Virus record (IMG/VR): IMGVR_UViG_3300021338_000005
Location: 1-50,655 of that record
Reading direction: 5' to 3' (one strand)
Length of the DNA stretch: 50,655 bases
Origin: a virus
Lineage: Duplodnaviria > Caudoviricetes
Position numbers and translations under genes: made by a program. This document shows positions 46,121-50,655 of this stretch, piece by piece; position 1 is the stretch's first letter; each line of letters starts with the position of its first letter. The notes under the pieces were generated by a model. It was not told the DNA's origin, searched no databases, and saw only the letters and a program-made list of their open reading frames with translations.

Positions 46121-46278
46121 AAAAACTTTACAAATTTATAGTAGATTTTATATTCCTTTCTTTTAAGTTTGGGATAGTTGAGGGATGGAAAGGTGCTAGA
46201 TTCATTAATAGTAAACATTGGCAAGAACAGTTAGAGTATTATGAAAATAAATTACAACAACATGAAAAATGGAACTAA
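46117..46278 (+). CDS. 53-aa hypothetical (not in ORF track)
   Basis: ATGA overlap; MKKLYKFIVDFIF... Confidence 0.6.
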   Translation: MKKLYKFIVDFIFLSFKFGIVEGWKGARFINSKHWQEQLEYYENKLQQHEKWN

Positions 46279-46464
46279 TTGGGATTAAGTTGTTTATTTA
46301 ATAATTGTAATATATGTAAGAATCGTAGTAATGAGTTTTATTAGCGACCCTCACATTAAATAAAGGTTGCTCGAGTATTTACGAACTTTGCCACATTTAT
46401 TACATATAATATAAATAATAACAGAACTAAACACTATTAACAGTTAAAAGTTTAGTCATAAATA

Positions 46465-46525
46465 AAAACCTATCAATTAATTTTGGTAGGTTTTTTTGTG
46501 TATTTAAAAATAATTGTTAACTTTG
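46465..46525 (+). promoter_or_regulatory. terminator followed by promoter
   Basis: AAAACCTATCAA..TTGGTAGGTTTT, then TAACTTTG 46518-46525. Confidence 0.7.
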
Positions 46526-46541
46526 GATAAAATTAAAGATT

Positions 46542-46850
46542 ATGAACAGAGAATTTAAAGGAACAAAAGGAAAGTGGATTGTTGAAGAGGGATGGGATGA
46601 TGTGTGGGAAACAGATACATACACAATAAACACATGTGAAGATAGTGTGGAGAATGTTGAGTTTATAACTGTATGGGCTGGTTTAGATAAGAAAGAATCA
46701 GAGTACAATGCACAACTAATATCTTCAGCACCAGAATTATTAAGTGCTTTACTAAAGGCACAACCATACATTAGAGGATTAGCAAACATAGGTAATGCAG
46801 AAGAATTAAAAAAGGAGATTGAACAAGCAATTAAAAAAGCAATAGGATGA
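46542..46850 (+). CDS. hypothetical phage protein
   Basis: FKGTKGKW..NAQLISSAPELLSAL, a common phage motif. Confidence 0.8.
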   Translation: MNREFKGTKGKWIVEEGWDDVWETDTYTINTCEDSVENVEFITVWAGLDKKESEYNAQLISSAPELLSALLKAQPYIRGLANIGNAEELKKEIEQAIKKAIG

Positions 46851-47257
46851 ACAGAGAAATTAAATTTAAAGCGAAAAGAGTTGATAACGGTGATTGGGTG
46901 TATGGTTACTACTTCAAGTGTAATACATACAATAAAACATATATCTATGATTTAGAAGGGCTACAAATAAGACATGAAGTAATCCCTGAAACAGTTTGCC
47001 AATTCATTACCACAATTGATGGAGTAGCGATATATGAAAATGATAAACTAAAAGGCGATGATGATTTATGTGTTTATTGTTTAATTGAGTGGAGTGAACA
47101 AAGAGGTAGATTTGAAGTTAATGATTATGGTTATGGAATTTCTTATGGGGAGGGTAGTCAAGAAATTATATCAAACGACATTTGTTTAGTAGATGAAAAC
47201 ATTTATGATATTGAAGATATAGACATTAAAGATTTAACAGGAAACAAACACGATTAA
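46847..47257 (+). CDS. YopX family protein
   Basis: REIKFKAK..WVYG..ETVCQF..IYEND..GNKHD. Confidence 0.85.
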   Translation: MNREIKFKAKRVDNGDWVYGYYFKCNTYNKTYIYDLEGLQIRHEVIPETVCQFITTIDGVAIYENDKLKGDDDLCVYCLIEWSEQRGRFEVNDYGYGISYGEGSQEIISNDICLVDENIYDIEDIDIKDLTGNKHD

Positions 47258-47260
47258 GTT

Positions 47261-47713
47261 ATGAAACAAGAATTAAAAGAAATAGTAGGGTATTTGCCTT
47301 ATGGGGTGAAGTGTTACAGTGTAAGTGATAATGAAGTTTTTATAGATGAAATAAAAACTTTAAATATAGTGTATAATATAATAGAAGTTGTAGAAGGTGT
47401 TGAATTTAATGTAGATGATATAGTTCTAATTCTAAGACCACTAAGCGACCTAACCAAAGAAATAACAGTTAATGGAGAAACTTTTGTGCCTATTGAAGAA
47501 ATTAAGAAAATATCATGTAGCAGTTTAGAAGTCTACAAACCTATTTCTATTGATTCAAAAATAGAATTTAATATTTATACTGGTAATTATTCAGTTGAAA
47601 TAGATTTATTTGAAGGGTGTTTGATAAAAGATAAGTTACAAGAATGGCACTTCGACATACACAACCTAATAGAACAAAATAAAGCAATAGATATTAATAC
47701 TTTGGAGAAATGA
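47261..47713 (+). CDS. hypothetical phage protein
   Basis: YLPYG..ILRPLSDLTKEI..WHFDIHNLIE. Confidence 0.8.
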   Translation: MKQELKEIVGYLPYGVKCYSVSDNEVFIDEIKTLNIVYNIIEVVEGVEFNVDDIVLILRPLSDLTKEITVNGETFVPIEEIKKISCSSLEVYKPISIDSKIEFNIYTGNYSVEIDLFEGCLIKDKLQEWHFDIHNLIEQNKAIDINTLEK

Positions 47714-48069
47714 AAGAAGAAATAATAAGTTTTCAAACTGGAAAGCTTGCTAAAGAAAAAGGGTTTAGCATAGTTAGTACTGGTTTTTACGATGAAAACA
47801 AAGAACTAGATTTATACGAATCTTACATAGGTGACGACATAGTTTATAAAAGACAACTTTTAGATGGAATTGTTGTTTGTGAAGCTCCAACACAAAGCCT
47901 ACTTCAAAAGTGGTTGAGGGAAAAGCATAGGATATTTATCATTATATATAAAAAGATAGGCGGGTGGAGTTATTATTTGGACGAAGCTCCAAAAATAAAT
48001 TTATATGACACTTACGAAGAAGCATTAGAAAAAGGATTACAAGAAGCATTAAAACTAATTAAGACATGA
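47710..48069 (+). CDS. hypothetical phage protein
   Basis: KLAKEKGF..APTQSLLQKWLRE..YEEALEKGLQEAL. Confidence 0.8.
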   Translation: MKEEIISFQTGKLAKEKGFSIVSTGFYDENKELDLYESYIGDDIVYKRQLLDGIVVCEAPTQSLLQKWLREKHRIFIIIYKKIGGWSYYLDEAPKINLYDTYEEALEKGLQEALKLIKT

Positions 48070-48521
48070 TAAACACACTAAAAACAGTAAAGGAGTTTAA
48101 GGATTGGTTACCTAATAGTGATTATGATAAACATGGTATTGACTTTATGTATATTTATTTATCCAACTACATAGACCTACTAGAACAACCTTTAAAACTA
48201 GGAATGTTTATTCCTTGTGATGAGGATGATAAGACTTTAGATAAGCCAGTAATATTTTATACTGAAGATAGTTTAAACAAGCTTACTAAACAAGAAAAAG
48301 AAATAGCTAAGGTATTTAATAACAAAGTAAAACAATACCAACAAGCAGAAGAAAAGGTTTTGTTTGAGGGTGGACTATTAGATGATGAATTTCCTGATGA
48401 AATAGATTTTGGAGAAGGTAAACATATTGGACTATTCAAAACAAGTAAAATAAAAGATTTATTATCTTATGGCTTTGAAATAAAACTAACAGATAACTTT
48501 AAAAAACTTATAACGGGATGA
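48066..48521 (+). CDS. hypothetical phage protein
   Basis: QPLKLGMFIPCD..YQQAEEKVLFEG. Confidence 0.8.
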   Translation: MINTLKTVKEFKDWLPNSDYDKHGIDFMYIYLSNYIDLLEQPLKLGMFIPCDEDDKTLDKPVIFYTEDSLNKLTKQEKEIAKVFNNKVKQYQQAEEKVLFEGGLLDDEFPDEIDFGEGKHIGLFKTSKIKDLLSYGFEIKLTDNFKKLITG

Positions 48522-48850
48522 ACACAGTAACAATAAGTATAAAAGAATACGACGAACTAAGAGGTATTAAAGAACAATATTTAAAAGGTAGTGATAATGA
48601 AGTTATAAAACGTCAGAATAATAAGATTGTTGACTTAGAAAAATTAAGATTTAATTTAATTGATGAGATTGATAGAAATAAACATAAGTTAAGCTCTGAC
48701 ATCTATGATGAAATAGACATATTAACTAATATTAAAAAAATGAATAAAATGTTTAGTATTAAACCTATTGATTTTGTTTTTAGTGATTATGTAGACTTTG
48801 TTAAGAATATGTCTATTTTACAGTTTTTAAAATACAGAAAAACTAAATAA
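48518..48850 (+). CDS. hypothetical protein
   Basis: ATGA overlap. Confidence 0.7.
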   Translation: MNTVTISIKEYDELRGIKEQYLKGSDNEVIKRQNNKIVDLEKLRFNLIDEIDRNKHKLSSDIYDEIDILTNIKKMNKMFSIKPIDFVFSDYVDFVKNMSILQFLKYRKTK

Positions 48851-49020
48851 TTATGGATGATATAATAAATAAACAAGCTGAATTAATAGTTGAGTTAAAT
48901 AAACAATCAAACACTATTTATGAACTTAGAAGAAAGTTAATAATGAGAAAAAACATAAACTTTGCTCAATGGTTTATTGTAGTTTCAGTTTTACTTATTA
49001 TCTTTTTTTTTTGAAAACAA

Positions 49021-49051
49021 TTTGCGTAATTGAAACAAATGTTTAACTTTG
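49021..49051 (+). promoter_or_regulatory. Bacteroidota promoter
   Basis: TTTG ... TAACTTTG. Confidence 0.75.
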
Positions 49052-49064
49052 AAATAAAAACATT

Positions 49065-49289
49065 ATGAAAAGAGATGAAAACGGTAACTTTATACACGAT
49101 GATATTGAAAGTGTAAATACATTTACTTATTCTGGAGCTACATTTATTATTGATGAATATTTACATGAAGAGAATAATAAGTACATAGTTACAGAAACTA
49201 ATTTTATGGCAGGTGCTAGAGGTAATAACCTTGAAAATGTTATAAAAGTTGCTAAAGACAATTACGATAAAGTTAAACATTTAAAATAA
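49065..49289 (+). CDS. hypothetical protein
   Basis: After promoter. Confidence 0.7.
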   Translation: MKRDENGNFIHDDIESVNTFTYSGATFIIDEYLHEENNKYIVTETNFMAGARGNNLENVIKVAKDNYDKVKHLK

Positions 49290-49294
49290 AAATT

Positions 49295-49783
49295 ATGAAA
49301 ACAGGATTAACAATTAGCCAGCTTAATTGGTTACACAAGAGAGAAATAAAAGAGGGGGAGATATATATGTTCCCTAGATTTGGATTTAATATTTATTCAT
49401 CAGATAGTTACATAGAGTCTGAATATATTGATATTAATCCGTTTACTAAAAGTTTAGACCATGAAAGTTTTATAGTAAAAGAAAAAATAAATGGTTTTGT
49501 AAGAGGTAATTATTACTACAAACCTATAACACAAGATTTCTATTTAGAAGAGAGAGAATTAGCAACTAGAGGAAACGTTGAGTTTTTATTATTGTTAACA
49601 TTATGTTACATACCTTTTTTTATTTACAACTTGTTTAATAGTAAAAAAAACACAAATACAATTTATCCAAGTAAAAAAATAAACACACATCAAAAGTGGC
49701 GTTCGTTTATTAAAATGAGAAATTACGAATTTAAAAGCAGTAGAGTTGCTAGAGCTTACTTTGAGTGGGTGAATGAGAAATAA
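49295..49783 (+). CDS. hypothetical protein with one TM segment
   Basis: FLLLLTLCYIPFFIY. Confidence 0.7.
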   Translation: MKTGLTISQLNWLHKREIKEGEIYMFPRFGFNIYSSDSYIESEYIDINPFTKSLDHESFIVKEKINGFVRGNYYYKPITQDFYLEERELATRGNVEFLLLLTLCYIPFFIYNLFNSKKNTNTIYPSKKINTHQKWRSFIKMRNYEFKSSRVARAYFEWVNEK

Positions 49784-49813
49784 CGCAAACTAAGTGAAAT
49801 AATACAAATTTGA

Positions 49814-50323
49814 ATGAAAACTAATACAATGAGATTTAACGAAGAGAACATAAATAAATTAAGAGAGGGTAAAGTTACTTTAGTTGCTGACCATAGTAAA
49901 CCAGAGTTAATGGATAAAGTTTTGAAAGAGGCTTTTCCTAAAGATGAAGATTGTTATAGTGATTTTAATAATTATAAATATTATTTTAATTGTGGTGACA
50001 AACAATGGGATGCTTCAAAACACAATTATAAAATAGCTTTAATGCCATTGAAAGATTTCTTTATAGAGGAGTTAGAATTAGAAGTAACTAATAGTGTTGT
50101 ATTACCAATTTCTTTAAATAACGAAAAACCAAAAAGATACGCTTCAAGAGAAGTTAATGGAATGGATGTTATAGACTTAGCAGAACATTGGAATTTAAAC
50201 TTTCAAGAGGCTAATATATTAAAGTATCTATTAAGAGATAAGGGGCAAGATTACGAAGATATGTTAAAGATTGTTGATTATGCTACTAGAGAAGCTGAAT
50301 TAATTAAAAAAAGAAATAGTTAA
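49814..50323 (+). CDS. DUF3310-domain protein
   Basis: KPKRY..MDVID..NFQEANILKYLLRDKG..DMLKIVDY. Confidence 0.75.
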   Translation: MKTNTMRFNEENINKLREGKVTLVADHSKPELMDKVLKEAFPKDEDCYSDFNNYKYYFNCGDKQWDASKHNYKIALMPLKDFFIEELELEVTNSVVLPISLNNEKPKRYASREVNGMDVIDLAEHWNLNFQEANILKYLLRDKGQDYEDMLKIVDYATREAELIKKRNS

Positions 50324-50329
50324 GAATAT

Positions 50330-50359
50330 TTTGCAAATTAAATATTATTTGTAACTTTG
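50330..50359 (+). promoter_or_regulatory. Bacteroidota promoter
   Basis: TTTG ... TAACTTTG. Confidence 0.75.
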
Positions 50360-50382
50360 TTTAAACTTTAAAAACAAAAATT

Positions 50383-50556
50383 ATGAGTATGACAGTAATT
50401 GAAAGAGAGTTTCTAGAAAGTATAGAAGCTGTTAAAAACGAAAAAGGTAGTTATGTTTATGTTTCCCAAGATGGTCATGAACATATATTGTTAGACTTTA
50501 TTTTAATGGAATATAAACTATATTTAATTAATAATGGTATTCTGTCAAATAAATAA
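50383..50556 (+). CDS. 57-aa hypothetical spanning the circular junction
   Basis: MSMTVIEREFLESI...GILSNK reads into the terminal repeat. Confidence 0.65.
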   Translation: MSMTVIEREFLESIEAVKNEKGSYVYVSQDGHEHILLDFILMEYKLYLINNGILSNK

Positions 50557-50655
50557 AAATAAAAATTATGGAAACAGTAAAACAAATACTAAAGCGAATA
50601 AAAAAAAACACTAACTACCAACATTATGTATTTATCAAAGACTTTTGTTATAGAG
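50529..50655 (+). repeat. 127-bp direct terminal repeat, right copy
   Basis: Identical to 1-127. Confidence 0.95.

Larger units (their letters stand above)
1..50655. mobile_element. Complete tailed phage genome (siphovirus-like), probable Bacteroidota host
   Basis: Packaging, head, tail, lysis, recombination and replication modules all present; terminal overlap; Bacteroidota-type promoters. Confidence 0.93.

Noticed and set aside
46362-46464. Possible ncRNA before the terminator
   Set aside because: AT-rich with no convincing stems
5346-48439. Other overlapping short ORFs (5346, 9510, 37991, 41014, 41943, 42020, 44295, 45114, 46517, 48257)
   Set aside because: Nested in or opposite better-supported genes, with no motifs
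1-50655. Genome-wide stop-codon reassignment
   Set aside because: Long genes are intact in code 11; TGA and TAG act as normal stops, often in ATGA overlaps
1-50655. CRISPR array, diversity-generating retroelement or retron
   Set aside because: No regularly spaced repeats, no reverse transcriptase, no template/variable repeat pair seen

Overview
This window is an apparently complete, very AT-rich tailed dsDNA phage genome of about 50,528 bp. Bases 1-127 recur exactly at 50529-50655, most likely an assembly overlap of a circular contig. The host is probably Bacteroidota (Flavobacteriaceae-like), judged from TAnnTTTG/TTTG promoters, AT-rich start regions without Shine-Dalgarno sites and a DUF3127 gene. 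Modules: terminase large subunit flanked by HNH nucleases; portal, minor head, scaffold and major capsid; a tRNA-Cys(GCA); neck/tail genes with a -1 frameshifted chaperone and a 1285-aa tape measure (siphovirus-like); a lysis cassette containing a patatin phospholipase; a leftward recombination block (ERF, RecE-like exonuclease, NinG, DUF1367, DUF3127); and a rightward replication block (MazG-like, initiator, primase-helicase). The terminase small subunit lies far from the large subunit, and there are many small accessory ORFs. I recognised no integrase, DNA polymerase, reverse transcriptase or CRISPR array. Most notable: (1) dispersed integron attC-like hairpins and GTT-ending repeats delimit gene and gene-less cassettes, and some ORFs read through the putative crossover; (2) a multi-hairpin RNA candidate of about 300 nt precedes a GIY-YIG nuclease; (3) two leader RNAs have complementary loops; (4) the virion proteins are Cys-rich and sit with a tRNA-Cys and a CxxC membrane protein; (5) a zinc-ribbon ORF has TGA at a Cys position. 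All family assignments come from motif recognition by eye; no searches were run.
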